From the NCBI GenBank assembly GCA_019323015.1, contig JAHWHY010000006.1, positions 1,008-65,007 of the forward strand: a stretch of 64,000 nucleotides of DNA, read 5' to 3'. How positions within the stretch are numbered: position 1 is the stretch's first letter; each line of letters begins with the position of its first letter. The notes under the pieces are model-generated. The model did not search any database, was not told where the DNA came from, and saw only the letters and a list, made by a program, of their open reading frames with translations. A program made the translations under genes and the position numbers. Positions 35,120-45,437 of the stretch are shown piece by piece. The DNA comes from Candidatus Woesearchaeota archaeon (GTDB taxonomy: Archaea; Nanobdellota; Nanobdellia; Woesearchaeales; ARS49).

Positions 35120-35424
35120 GCAAGTTAATCAAGGAAAAGGATATTAAGAATCTTGGGAAAAAAGGTGTTCCTTATGCTGTTGAAAAGCAGCAATTAGTTG
35201 AGCGTGCTAATTGGAGGACTTTTAAGCCTGTTATTGATTACTCTAAGTGTATTAAGTGTGGTTTGTGCTGGCTACATTGTCCTGATGCGGCTTATGATGT
35301 TAATGAGGAGGGTTTTCCTGTCTGTAATGGAAAGGTGTGCAAGGGTTGCTTGCTTTGTGTTGATATCTGTCCTGTTAAGTGTATTTCAGTTGAGCAAGAA
35401 AGGGGGAAGTTGCATAAAAAATGA
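35113..35424 (+). CDS. porD: pyruvate:ferredoxin oxidoreductase delta subunit (2x[4Fe-4S] ferredoxin)
   Basis: CIKCGLCWLHCP and CKGCLLCVDICP motifs. Confidence 0.8.
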   Translation: MLSKLIKEKDIKNLGKKGVPYAVEKQQLVERANWRTFKPVIDYSKCIKCGLCWLHCPDAAYDVNEEGFPVCNGKVCKGCLLCVDICPVKCISVEQERGKLHKK

Positions 35425-36560
35425 TTGACATACTTGATGGCAATGCATGTGCAGCATGGGGTGCTAGAAGAGCTAAAGTTCAGTGTGTTCCTGTTTTTCC
35501 TATAACTCCTACTACTGAGATTATTGAGACTATTGCTGCATGGAAGGCAAAGGGAGAGTTTCCTGGAGAGTTTGTTGTGCTTGATTCAGAGCATAGTGCT
35601 GCTTCTGCTGCTCTTGGTGCCTCTATGACTGGTGCAAGGACTTTTACTGCTACTTCATCTCAGGGCTTGTTGTTGATGCATGAGATCCTTCCTATTATTT
35701 CTGGGTGTAGGACTCCTATGGTTATGACTACTGTGTCTAGATGTCTTTCTGCTCCTATTGGCTTGTGGCCTGATCATAATGATACTTTGGCTATGCGTGA
35801 TGCTGGCTGGATTATGTTGATTTGTGAGACTAATCAGGAGGTTTTTGATAGTGTGATTATGGGTTATAAGATTTCTGAGAATCCTAAGATTCTTTTGCCT
35901 GTTATTGTAAACATGGATGGTTTTGTTCATTCTTATACTAGGACAGAGGTTGATGTTCCTGAGCAGAAGATGGTTGATAAGTTCCTTCCTCATCCTGAAT
36001 TAGAAATAAGATTAGATGTCAAGAAGCCGATGACTCTTGGTATTCCTGCAATGGGCCTGGATTACATGAGGTATAGGCAGCAATTGCATAAGGCTATGCT
36101 TGATTCTTTTGATGTGATTGACAAGGTTCAGAAGGAATGGGCTAAATTGACTGGCAGGAAGTATGAGTTTTTGGATGAGTATAAGACTAAAGATGCTAAG
36201 GCAGTTATTGTCATGATTGGTGCTAATTCAACTATTGCTCGTTCTGCTGTTGATACCATGAGGAAAAAAGGCAAAAAAGTCGGCTTGTTAAGGATTAGAT
36301 TATTCAGGCCTTTTCCTGAAAAACAATTAAGAAACGCTCTTGAGAAAATTGATCATATTGCTGTGATTGACCAGAATATCTGTCCTGGTATGGGTGGTAT
36401 TCTTTATCCAGAGATTAAGATGGCATTAAGTGGAACTAAGAAAGTTGTTGGCAATTATATTCAGGGCTTGGGTGGAAATTTTGTTTCAGAGCAGGATTAT
36501 ATTGATATCTTAGATGATATAATGAAAGCAAAAGCAGATGATAGAAAATGGCAGATGTAG
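35421..36560 (+). CDS. porA: pyruvate:ferredoxin oxidoreductase alpha subunit
   Basis: Length, position within the operon and a conserved PorA-like N-terminus (GNACAAWGA..). Confidence 0.8.
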   Translation: MIDILDGNACAAWGARRAKVQCVPVFPITPTTEIIETIAAWKAKGEFPGEFVVLDSEHSAASAALGASMTGARTFTATSSQGLLLMHEILPIISGCRTPMVMTTVSRCLSAPIGLWPDHNDTLAMRDAGWIMLICETNQEVFDSVIMGYKISENPKILLPVIVNMDGFVHSYTRTEVDVPEQKMVDKFLPHPELEIRLDVKKPMTLGIPAMGLDYMRYRQQLHKAMLDSFDVIDKVQKEWAKLTGRKYEFLDEYKTKDAKAVIVMIGANSTIARSAVDTMRKKGKKVGLLRIRLFRPFPEKQLRNALEKIDHIAVIDQNICPGMGGILYPEIKMALSGTKKVVGNYIQGLGGNFVSEQDYIDILDDIMKAKADDRKWQM

Positions 36561-37456
36561 ATTTTAATATAAAGGAGGAAATGAAGAAACCGCATTTGAT
36601 TACTGGGGGCACTTTTGCTTGTGCTGGATGTAATCCTGTGCTAGGCATTAGGTTGACGCTTATTGCTTTGGGAAAGAATGTGATTATGGTTAATTCTTCT
36701 GGCTGCATGACTCTGACAGCCACATGGCCTTTTACTCCGTATAGGATTCCTTGGGTTCATGGTGCTATTGAAAATGGCGGTTCAGTTGCTGCGGGTATCT
36801 TGATGGGCTTGAAAGCTCTTAAGAAAGATAAAGGAACTCATGTTGTTGTTTATGCTGGTGATGGTGCTACTTATGATATTGGCTTGCAGGCTTTGAGTGG
36901 TATGGTTCACAGGAAAGAAAAAATAATTTACATTTGTTATAATAATTGTCAGTTTGCTAATACTGGCCATCAGGCTTCTAGTGCTACAGAGCAATTTGCA
37001 AGGACTACTACTACTCCTCCTCCTTTGGGCAATCCTTTGCCTAGGAAGAACATGGCTAAGATGATGGCTATGGGTGGTGCAGATTACTGTGCTACTGCTT
37101 GTGTTTCTTTTCCTTTTGATTTTATCAAAAAGTTAAGGAAGGCTGCTAAGGTTGAGGGTTCTGTTTTCATTGATTTATTGTCTCCTTGCGAGCCAGGCTG
37201 GCTTGTCAAGCCTAATGAAACAATTAAGGCAGGCAAACTAATGGTTGAATCCGGCATGTGGCCTTTGTATGAGATTGAGAAAAAGAAAATAACAATCAAT
37301 CATAAGCCTCAGATGATTCCTGTCAAAGAAGCTCTTAAGATGCAGGGTCGTTTCAAGCACTTAACAGAAGAGCAAATCGGCGAAATCCAGGAAACAGTTA
37401 TCAAAGAATGGGAAATGATTACAAAAGGAAGATTCTGGGAAGCTGAGGAGTATTAG
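36548..37456 (+). CDS. porB: pyruvate:ferredoxin oxidoreductase beta subunit (TPP-binding)
   Basis: CAGCNP Fe-S/TPP N-terminus and GDGATYDIG TPP motif. Confidence 0.8.
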   Translation: MADVDFNIKEEMKKPHLITGGTFACAGCNPVLGIRLTLIALGKNVIMVNSSGCMTLTATWPFTPYRIPWVHGAIENGGSVAAGILMGLKALKKDKGTHVVVYAGDGATYDIGLQALSGMVHRKEKIIYICYNNCQFANTGHQASSATEQFARTTTTPPPLGNPLPRKNMAKMMAMGGADYCATACVSFPFDFIKKLRKAAKVEGSVFIDLLSPCEPGWLVKPNETIKAGKLMVESGMWPLYEIEKKKITINHKPQMIPVKEALKMQGRFKHLTEEQIGEIQETVIKEWEMITKGRFWEAEEY

Positions 37457-37464
37457 TTCTTAAT

Positions 37465-37983
37465 TCAATTATTTTCAAAAGACTGTTCCATTGCAGTTAC
37501 AATGCCTGGGCCTCTTTCTCTGCGAGGGAATAACTGGGCGTGCAAATGATCTACTGTTTGTCCTGCATATTCGCCAACATTGATTCCTATATTGTATGCT
37601 ATCCTGTCTGGCTTTAATCTTAAATATTTGTTCTGTAGCATTTTTGTTGCTTTTTCTACTATTTTTTTCCTTACATTTTCATCTGCTGGTCGTGGATCAG
37701 CTCTTAATGATCTGTAAAACCGAACAATCCTCTCTGGATCTGCGTCATATATGTCTCTGATTGCCTGTGCAGTTGCAGGTATTGCATCTACAAATCCCTC
37801 CAACTCTGCCCCTCTTAAGTCTTCAAGGCGCTCAACATGTTCTTTTGCTATTACAATAGAATGTCCTGGTGTTGCAGGCGTGACTGAAAGAATTGCGTAG
37901 GCATGTTCATTCTCAAAGATGATTTTGCCTTCTTCTTTCTTCCAAACATCATACAATTTGCAAAATATGTCGTTTGATTTCAT
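37465..37983 (-). CDS. HIT-like nucleotidyl-transferase/hydrolase (HxHxQ variant branch)
   Basis: VDHLHAQLFPRR motif; 172 aa. Confidence 0.55.
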   Translation of the reverse strand: MKSNDIFCKLYDVWKKEEGKIIFENEHAYAILSVTPATPGHSIVIAKEHVERLEDLRGAELEGFVDAIPATAQAIRDIYDADPERIVRFYRSLRADPRPADENVRKKIVEKATKMLQNKYLRLKPDRIAYNIGINVGEYAGQTVDHLHAQLFPRRERGPGIVTAMEQSFENN

Positions 37984-38001
37984 AGTAAAAAATAAAAAAA
38001 T

Positions 38002-39639
38002 CTATTTCCCATACCCAATTAATTCTGCAACTGGTTCGTCTTCATCCAGCTTCAGGTAGGCGTTTGTTCCATTGTTGTTGAACTGCCTGATGACGTGGAC
38101 GTCGTCGTCGCCTGAGCTTTTGACATACTCAAACCAGCATCTGTTCTCTGGATCCACGTTTGTAACAGTTCTTAATTTGCTGTCTGGTATGTTGTATACC
38201 ATTAGGTCTGTGTTGCTTTCCCAGTCATATGGGCAGAGCAGCAGGTTTTCACTGTCAGGTGTTATGCCTATCAGTGCAAGGTCTGAGCCTTCAACAGAGA
38301 TAACAGCATCTTTCCCACCAGTAACTAGGCTTTCTAGCAATATAACAACATCATTGGTCTCAACATCTCTTGCCTGTATGGCAGCGTATTTTCCGTCATT
38401 TGTGACGAGCACGTTTCCATTGCTGTACTCATCCTCATTGTTGTCTCCTACTTCAGTAAATGCGTGTGTCTGCGGGTCATACAGGTTTATCTGTGATCCT
38501 TCTGTCTGTGTAGACCAGTGTTGTATCACTGCTCTTCCGTCTGCTGAGAATCCTTTGCAGTATGAGTCTTCAACTCCTGCAACCCATTCTAATGGGTCTT
38601 CAAACCATTGTGTTTCAGCATCAAAGATGAATGTCCTGTGGTTCTTGCGGTCCTGGAATGCAGCGACTTTGCCGTCTAGTGACATTCTGTCAAACTGGAA
38701 GTTTTCATTTACAGTTGTCACTGGCGCTATAAAGGTTGGATTTAGTCCGCCTTGTGTTGTGTCAACATACCACCATTCATAGTCTGTGTGATTCGGTCCT
38801 ACTGAGAATTTTGCTATCATGCCTGCTCCGTCATGGGATAATCTGAATTCCCAGCCGAGTCCTCTGTTTGCTGGCAGAATTAATGGTTTTGTCACGTCAT
38901 TTAGTGCGTCATAAACAAATATTTCTTCTTGCACTGGAACCCATTTGCTGAATACAGCTGTGTTTCCTGAGCTTGCAAGCAGGTTCGTGCATTCCTGCTT
39001 GCCTGAACTTATCTGTACAAGAATTCCTTCTGGGAATGTGCTTGTGCCTGGCTTTAGAGCGTATGTTGTGGTTATAAAGTTTTCGTCTTGTTGGCCTATA
39101 AACACTATGTCTCCCAGGGTTCCTTTTATGTCTGAATATAATGCATTTGGAAACAGCTGTTCTGTATCATTAGTTGATACTCTGTGCAAGAATACCTGTC
39201 CGCCATCAACCCCGTCCCAGGCATAGAATAATACTTTGTCTGGTGTGATTGCTCTTGCGTTTTCGCCGATATATGCGAATTCTTCTGATTCAAATAATAC
39301 TGCTCCGCTTTCATCAAATATGTTTAGTCTTACTTTGTCCTTGCCGACTTTTTTCTTGGCTATTACATTGTTTCCTGCAAGGCCTAGTGTGATATTGTCT
39401 TGTTCAGAATTTCTTGAAAGGTTGTGTATTTGTCCGTCTTTGTGCATTGCTGCTTCAATATCGTCTTCAATTGATGTTTTTAATGCAATCCTGCTTCCGT
39501 CTTCAGAAATATCTACAATTTGTGATACGTGCTGTTGTTGTGGTCCCTGAACATCAACGTATTCTGTGACTTTTTCAACACATCCTGGTAATAGTATTGA
39601 TGCTATTGCTGCGATTAATCCTGATTTTTTTCTTTTCAT
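38002..39639 (-). CDS. large secreted lipoprotein (545 aa), probably beta-propeller-type; hypothetical
   Basis: Signal peptide plus LPGC lipobox. Acidic, K-poor composition unlike most proteins in the window. Confidence 0.5.
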   Translation of the reverse strand: MKRKKSGLIAAIASILLPGCVEKVTEYVDVQGPQQQHVSQIVDISEDGSRIALKTSIEDDIEAAMHKDGQIHNLSRNSEQDNITLGLAGNNVIAKKKVGKDKVRLNIFDESGAVLFESEEFAYIGENARAITPDKVLFYAWDGVDGGQVFLHRVSTNDTEQLFPNALYSDIKGTLGDIVFIGQQDENFITTTYALKPGTSTFPEGILVQISSGKQECTNLLASSGNTAVFSKWVPVQEEIFVYDALNDVTKPLILPANRGLGWEFRLSHDGAGMIAKFSVGPNHTDYEWWYVDTTQGGLNPTFIAPVTTVNENFQFDRMSLDGKVAAFQDRKNHRTFIFDAETQWFEDPLEWVAGVEDSYCKGFSADGRAVIQHWSTQTEGSQINLYDPQTHAFTEVGDNNEDEYSNGNVLVTNDGKYAAIQARDVETNDVVILLESLVTGGKDAVISVEGSDLALIGITPDSENLLLCPYDWESNTDLMVYNIPDSKLRTVTNVDPENRCWFEYVKSSGDDDVHVIRQFNNNGTNAYLKLDEDEPVAELIGYGK

Positions 39640-39726
39640 TTTTGTCTTGTCCCCACTATTAATCTTACAGAGGATAAAGAATGCGATCCTTTATAAAGTT
39701 AATGTGTAAATACCACCAAAAGGTGG

Positions 39727-40710
39727 TTACATTAAAAAGAACTGAAGTACAAAGAAAATAGCATATATGGACACTAAGACAATGCCGTGTTTCCAGGTTA
39801 TCTGTTTTTTTGTCATGAAATACAAGCCAAGTAAAACAGTGCCCATCATAATAATACAAGCAAATAATATTGAGTTAAATGCTATCTCTATGGGGTGTAT
39901 TATTGCGATTATTCCAAGAACAAGTGTTGAGTTTGCTATGATTGAGCCTAGTAAATCTCCAAATGCCAAGCTGCTTATTCCTTTCAGTATTGACTTCACT
40001 TCAACCATTACTTCTGGTAAAGAAGTTCCTAAAGCAATTATTGTCAAGCCAACTACATAGGGGGAGATTCCTGCCATTGCAGCTATCTGTGATGCAGAGT
40101 ATATCAGCCAGCGCGCGCCTAATAATAATGCCACAATGCATCCTGCAAAAACAAAGCCATCCCGCCAGAGTGTTTTCAGCTTGACATCTTTCTTCATCTT
40201 GCCCATCTTTCCTTCTTTCAGCCACAAGCTCGCGATGTATGCTCCAAAGCCAGCTAATAATATTATGCCGTCTGGTCTTGTGAGTGCACCATCACTAACA
40301 AGAATCACAGGCAGTGCAGCTAACGCAAGTGTCTGGAAAAATGTTTTTCCCACAATGGGGTGTTCCATTTTTATTGTTCTGCCAACTATTACCATGATAC
40401 CTAATACTAATGTCAAGTCGCTGATATTTGAGCCAACCACAGTGCCAAACACCATGCTGGTTTCTCCTGCAAGTGCTCCTGTTATTGATGCAACTAGTTC
40501 AGGAAGAGATGTGCCTACTGCAACAACTAAAAACCCAATCAAATAATGGCTTATCCCCAACTTCTTGGCATAATTAGAAATCCCGTATATTGCAAGGTCC
40601 GATGATTTTAATACAATTATCAGGCTGAGAACACAGGCTATGGAGTAAAATACAATAGGGTAATTATGGCCAAATTGCTGGCCCAGCTCCATTATGCCTG
40701 CTAATACCAT
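39727..40710 (-). CDS. Na+/Ca2+ exchanger (CaCA family, YrbG-like)
   Basis: Two alpha-repeat motifs, GTSLPELVASI and GTSLPEVMVEV. ~10 TM helices. Confidence 0.8.
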   Translation of the reverse strand: MVLAGIMELGQQFGHNYPIVFYSIACVLSLIIVLKSSDLAIYGISNYAKKLGISHYLIGFLVVAVGTSLPELVASITGALAGETSMVFGTVVGSNISDLTLVLGIMVIVGRTIKMEHPIVGKTFFQTLALAALPVILVSDGALTRPDGIILLAGFGAYIASLWLKEGKMGKMKKDVKLKTLWRDGFVFAGCIVALLLGARWLIYSASQIAAMAGISPYVVGLTIIALGTSLPEVMVEVKSILKGISSLAFGDLLGSIIANSTLVLGIIAIIHPIEIAFNSILFACIIMMGTVLLGLYFMTKKQITWKHGIVLVSIYAIFFVLQFFLM

Positions 40711-40711
40711 T

Positions 40712-43351
40712 TTACACTTTTGTGAATAATTTCACTATCTCTCCAAATATCAGCACTGACGAGCTTATCACAATTGCATAAATCCAGTCTAGTGCAGTTA
40801 GGGATACTGTTCCGAATATTGTGTTCATGAATGGCAAATGTACTACAGCTGCTTGTAATCCAATAGACAGCAGTATTGCTCCTATGAGCCATTTGTTTGA
40901 AAATAATCCTAAACTAAATATTGAATAATCTTCTGATCTCATGTTGATTACGTTGAACATCTGGTACATCATCAGTGTTGTGAATGCGATTGTTTGTGCA
41001 TAAGCAAGGTTTGTCTCTGGATTATACCACTGGAATATTCCTAGTGTTCCCAGCATCATTATTATGCCTATCAGGAAGATCATTATTCCTCTTTTTTTAT
41101 TAACAATCTTCTCTTCTACTTTTCTTGGAGGCCTTTTCATTGTTCTTGGTTCAGCAGGTTCTGAACTAAGAGCCAAGGCAGGTGCTCCGTCTGTAACTAA
41201 ATTGATCCAAAGTATCTGTATTGCAATAAGCGGCAAAGGCATCTTTAATAATATTCCTATGAATATTGTTAGCACCTCTCCCATATTACTTGAAAGAAGG
41301 TATTCAACAAATTTCTTTATGTTTGAGAATATTGTTCTTCCTTCCTCTACTGCACTTACGATTGATGCAAAATTGTCATCTGCGAGGATCATGTCGCTTG
41401 CTTCTTTGGCAACATCTGTTCCTGTTATTCCCATTGCAATTCCTAAGTCTGCTTTTTTCAAGGCAGGAGCGTCATTAACTCCGTCTCCTGTCATGGCGAC
41501 AATGTGTCCTTTTTTCTTTAGTGCCTCGATGATTTTAAGTTTATGAGTTGGGTTTACTCTTGCATAGACAACTATTTCTTCTACAATGTCTTCAAAGTGT
41601 TCCATGTGGTCAAGGTCAAGGCCTGTTATTGCTTTTCCTTTCATGCCTAGCTGTTTTGCTATGGCCATTGCAGTTGACTTGTGGTCCCCTGTTATCATCA
41701 CTACTTTTATTCCTGCTGTCGCGCATTTCTGTATTGCTTCTTTTACTTCTGGCCTTGGAGGGTCTATCATTCCCTGAAGGCCTAAGAATATCATGTTTGT
41801 CTCAACATCTTTTGTAGCTACCTTGCCTTCTACATCTTTGTATGCAAAGCCTAGGACTCTTAGTGCGCCTTTTGCAAACTGTTCATTCACTTCAAGGATT
41901 TTTTCTTTTTGCTGTCTTGATATCCTGATTACTTTTCCGTTTATCAATGCGCGGTTGCACATGCTCAAGACAACCTCTGGCGCTCCTTTTGTGTATGCCT
42001 TGTATTTTGTTCCTACTTTGTTGAGTGTTGTCATGCATTTTCTTTCAGATGTGAATTCTATCTCTCCTAGTCTTTTGCATTTTACCCTGAGGTCTTCTGT
42101 GTCTAGTTTTGCTTTTTTTGCACTTACTAATACTGCTGCCTCTGTTGGGTCTCCTATGACTTCCCATGCTGCATTTTCTTTTTTCAGGCTTGCATTGTTA
42201 TTCAATACTCCTGCTAATAATAATTGCTTGAATTGGTCCGGGTTCCTGCTGAATCTTCCTTCTGGCGAATACCCTGAGCCGCTTACTTCTATTATCTCGT
42301 CATTTGCGTATATTTTCTTTACAGTCATCTCATTGTGTGTCAGTGTTCCTGTTTTATCTGTGCAGATGACTGAGCACGCTCCCAAGGTCTCTACACTTGG
42401 GAGTTTTCTCACAAGGGCGTTTCTTTTTGCCATTGTTTTCACGCCCATTGCTAGTGATACTGTGACTACTGCAGGCAGTCCTTCTGGTATTGCTGCAACA
42501 GCCAAGGCAACTGCTGCAAGGAACATGCTGAACATTGGGTTTCCATACAGCACGCCCACCCCGAATACTATCAGTGCTATTGCTATGACTGCTATTCCAA
42601 GAAAGCCTGATAAGTGCGCCAGTTTTTTCTGCAAAGGTGTTGGCTCTGGTTCTGCTTCTTTGATTAGTTTTGCTATTTTTCCTATCTCTGTCTGCATTCC
42701 TGTTGCTGTGACTATTGCCCTGCCTCTTCCTTGTGTTATTATTGTGCTGCTGAAGATCATGTTTACCCTGTCTGCCACTGCGAGTGCCTTGTGGAATGTT
42801 GTTGTTGCTTTTTTTACTGGCACTGATTCTCCTGTCAATGATGCTTCCTGTGTCTGTAGGTTTATTGAGTCTATTATTCTTGCATCTGCAGGCACTTTTT
42901 CTCCTGTCTCAAGAATAAGCAGGTCTCCTGGCACTAGTTCTCCTGCATCAACTTCTTTCTGCATTCCAGAACGCATGACTATTGCTTTTAGTGATATCAG
43001 TTTTTGCAGTGCTGCGATTGCTTCCTCTGCTTTGTATTCCTGTATAAAGCCAAGGATTGCATTCAGTATTACTATCGCTCCTATTACATATACGTCTGTG
43101 TATTCTTTTACAAAGATTGAGATTAGCATTGCTGCTATTAGTATCCACACTAGCGGGCTCTTGAATTGTCTTGCAAGAATCTGCAATGGATGTATTTTTG
43201 CAGCAGCCTCTATTGTGTTTGGCCCGTATTTCTTGAGCCTTTCCTCTGCCTCTGATTGTGAAAGCCCTTTTTCAGAAGTCTGGAGTTCTTGAAATACCTC
43301 TTTTTCAGACTTTTGATAATATGAGTCCATGTATTTTGCGTAAATTAACAA
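40712..43351 (-). CDS. P-type cation-transporting ATPase (type II, Ca2+/Mg2+-like)
   Basis: Phosphorylation motif CTDKTGTLT and TGDGVNDAPALKKADLGIAMG; 879 aa. Confidence 0.85.
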   Translation of the reverse strand: MLIYAKYMDSYYQKSEKEVFQELQTSEKGLSQSEAEERLKKYGPNTIEAAAKIHPLQILARQFKSPLVWILIAAMLISIFVKEYTDVYVIGAIVILNAILGFIQEYKAEEAIAALQKLISLKAIVMRSGMQKEVDAGELVPGDLLILETGEKVPADARIIDSINLQTQEASLTGESVPVKKATTTFHKALAVADRVNMIFSSTIITQGRGRAIVTATGMQTEIGKIAKLIKEAEPEPTPLQKKLAHLSGFLGIAVIAIALIVFGVGVLYGNPMFSMFLAAVALAVAAIPEGLPAVVTVSLAMGVKTMAKRNALVRKLPSVETLGACSVICTDKTGTLTHNEMTVKKIYANDEIIEVSGSGYSPEGRFSRNPDQFKQLLLAGVLNNNASLKKENAAWEVIGDPTEAAVLVSAKKAKLDTEDLRVKCKRLGEIEFTSERKCMTTLNKVGTKYKAYTKGAPEVVLSMCNRALINGKVIRISRQQKEKILEVNEQFAKGALRVLGFAYKDVEGKVATKDVETNMIFLGLQGMIDPPRPEVKEAIQKCATAGIKVVMITGDHKSTAMAIAKQLGMKGKAITGLDLDHMEHFEDIVEEIVVYARVNPTHKLKIIEALKKKGHIVAMTGDGVNDAPALKKADLGIAMGITGTDVAKEASDMILADDNFASIVSAVEEGRTIFSNIKKFVEYLLSSNMGEVLTIFIGILLKMPLPLIAIQILWINLVTDGAPALALSSEPAEPRTMKRPPRKVEEKIVNKKRGIMIFLIGIIMMLGTLGIFQWYNPETNLAYAQTIAFTTLMMYQMFNVINMRSEDYSIFSLGLFSNKWLIGAILLSIGLQAAVVHLPFMNTIFGTVSLTALDWIYAIVISSSVLIFGEIVKLFTKV

Positions 43352-43371
43352 ATATATAAATGTATTGTCTG

Positions 43372-43977
43372 TTATTTGACAACCTTTAGCTCAAAATAAA
43401 GCTCTGCAATTGGCACGAATCTGCTGATGTATTTTTCATGGATTCTTGTGCCAAAAAGTTTGGAAGGAATGCTTCTTATGAAACCAGTGATGTTGTTTCT
43501 GAATCTGCTCTGTGCTTTTTGTATCCTGAAATCAACTGTGGTGTATCCGCATTCATACAACCCTTTTTTAGAATCAAAATAATCCATGCATCTTGAGGAA
43601 AGATGCCTCCTGTGTGTTGGGTCTTGGTATGAGGATGGCGCAGAAAAGTGAGGGACAGTTATCCTTACCTCTGAGCCTGGCTTGCCTGCCCTGTGGATTT
43701 GCTCCATGCACCATGGCACGTCATCCACGTGCTCCAGGAAGTGGCTTGCAACAATCAAGTCAAAAGAACTTTCTTTTACTGGGAATTGTTTCCCTTTTAT
43801 TACTTCAAATGTGTGTGTTGGATTGCAGCGGGGATTCTGGTCAATTGTGACTACATTGTCTATTCCCGGTCTTCCTTCATACGGGCGAAATCCGCATCCA
43901 ATGTCTAGTATGTCCATACACCCACCAACTATATCCAGAATATGAGGAGCATATAAAAAGCTTGTTATCAACCACAA
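43372..43977 (-). CDS. class I SAM-dependent methyltransferase
   Basis: Motif I ILDIGCGFRPYEG. Confidence 0.6.
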   Translation of the reverse strand: MWLITSFLYAPHILDIVGGCMDILDIGCGFRPYEGRPGIDNVVTIDQNPRCNPTHTFEVIKGKQFPVKESSFDLIVASHFLEHVDDVPWCMEQIHRAGKPGSEVRITVPHFSAPSSYQDPTHRRHLSSRCMDYFDSKKGLYECGYTTVDFRIQKAQSRFRNNITGFIRSIPSKLFGTRIHEKYISRFVPIAELYFELKVVK

Positions 43978-44027
43978 AGTTTAAATGATAGTTCTGTTAT
44001 AGTCTCTGTTAATACAAAAAAGGTGAT

Positions 44028-44885
44028 ATGATGGTTGCTGCTAAAGATCTCATGAAAACCAGTTATGTAAAGGTTGATATGAATGATACGCTTTCTGATT
44101 TGCAGGGCAAACTGCGGTTAAAAAATCAGACTTTTGCTGTTGTTTTTGATAAAAAAAAGTATAAGGGAATAACTGGAAGAAAATGGCTTCTCACTTCAAG
44201 GATTGATCCTTCTAAGACTAAGTTAAGGAACATGACAAAGCGCGCCTCTAAGCGCGGCGCTCCTTTTTTTGTGCCTAAGCTTAAGCCTTCCACTGATTTA
44301 ACAGAGGTTTGCAGGCTGTTTGCAAGCTCTGATACCCGCGCTCTTCCTGTTTTTGACAAGGAAAAGCTTGTTGGTGTTGTGACTGCAAGAGCTGTTATGA
44401 GAAAGATTAAGTCAGAGTACAAGGGCATTCCTGTCACAGAGCTTGCAAGGAAAAAGCTTGCCACTATCAAGCTTAAAGATACCACTGCTGATGCTATCAA
44501 GACAATGAACAGGTCTAAGGTTGACCGGTTGCCTGTTGTTGACAGGTTTGGCAGGCTTGCAGGAATTGTGACTGAGTTTGATATCTTGAAGAGGTTTCAT
44601 AAGTGGCCTCCTACTGGCATGAGGGTGCCTTCTAGTGCAGATCATAATCGCTGGTCAGATCCTGGCTGGGAAGCTGGTGAGAAGCAGAGCATGCTTAAGC
44701 TGCCTGTTGAGAACATAATGACTCCTGACCCAATGGTTTGTTGTGCAAGCATCAAGTGCACTATTGCAGAAGCTATTGATTTATTGATAAAAGATGATGT
44801 TAACAGCGTTATTTTGGTTGACGGCAAAGAGCCTGCAGGTATTCTCACTGTAAAGGATGTTTTGGATGATTATTCAAGAGAATGA
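44028..44885 (+). CDS. CBS-domain protein (two CBS pairs)
   Basis: Repeated CBS-like segments (LPVFDKEKLVGVVT / LPVVDRFGRLAGIVT / ILVDGKEPAGILT). Confidence 0.65.
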   Translation: MMVAAKDLMKTSYVKVDMNDTLSDLQGKLRLKNQTFAVVFDKKKYKGITGRKWLLTSRIDPSKTKLRNMTKRASKRGAPFFVPKLKPSTDLTEVCRLFASSDTRALPVFDKEKLVGVVTARAVMRKIKSEYKGIPVTELARKKLATIKLKDTTADAIKTMNRSKVDRLPVVDRFGRLAGIVTEFDILKRFHKWPPTGMRVPSSADHNRWSDPGWEAGEKQSMLKLPVENIMTPDPMVCCASIKCTIAEAIDLLIKDDVNSVILVDGKEPAGILTVKDVLDDYSRE

Positions 44886-45436
44886 AATTAAAAATTGATG
44901 ATAAGATAAAGGAAACAAGGAGCTATAAGTGTAGCAAATGCGGGCTTGTCAGGGTTTTCACAGAGGGCGAGACTGTTCCTGCTTGCGATGTATGTAATGC
45001 CAAAGGCAAAAAAAATTGGTGGGTGCCAAAAGGAAAGCCTGTGTTGTTTGTCAGCAAGGACGTCAATAAAGAATTTCTTGCAAAAAGGAATTTTAGCGAT
45101 AAATTATCTGATTGGATCACTGATTTTTGCGGCAATATGTGGTTTGTTTATGTTCATATGGTGTGGTTTGCTTTGTGGATTCTGATAAATGCGGGTGTGA
45201 TTCCAGGAATAAGGCCTTTTGATCCTTTTCCTTTCGGTCTTTTGACCTTGATTGTTTCTCTTGAGGCGATTTTGCTTGCGACATTTATCTTGATAAGCCA
45301 GAACAGGCAGGGAGAAGTCAGTGAGATGCGTTCTGAGCTTGATTATCAGCTGGACAGGAAGACAGAAAAGAGGGTGCTTGAGATACTTGAGCAGGTCAGG
45401 GAGATAAATGCCGCTGTCACCAAGAGGAAAAAATAA
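44882..45436 (+). CDS. DUF1003-family membrane protein with an N-terminal zinc ribbon
   Basis: CSKCG...CDVC ribbon, then two TM helices and the LISQNRQ signature. 4-nt overlap with the CBS gene. Confidence 0.5.
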   Translation: MKLKIDDKIKETRSYKCSKCGLVRVFTEGETVPACDVCNAKGKKNWWVPKGKPVLFVSKDVNKEFLAKRNFSDKLSDWITDFCGNMWFVYVHMVWFALWILINAGVIPGIRPFDPFPFGLLTLIVSLEAILLATFILISQNRQGEVSEMRSELDYQLDRKTEKRVLEILEQVREINAAVTKRKK

Positions 45437-45437
45437 G

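Noticed and set aside
38072-38782. 236-aa plus-strand ORF
   Set aside because: It is antisense to the 545-aa lipoprotein gene, which has a proper signal peptide and SD.
41064-43292. Long plus-strand ORFs (160 aa at 41064-41546, 499 aa at 41793-43292, and others) inside the P-type ATPase gene
   Set aside because: They are antisense to a gene with unambiguous P-type ATPase motifs, and have Ser/Phe/Ala-rich low-complexity translations typical of antisense frames.
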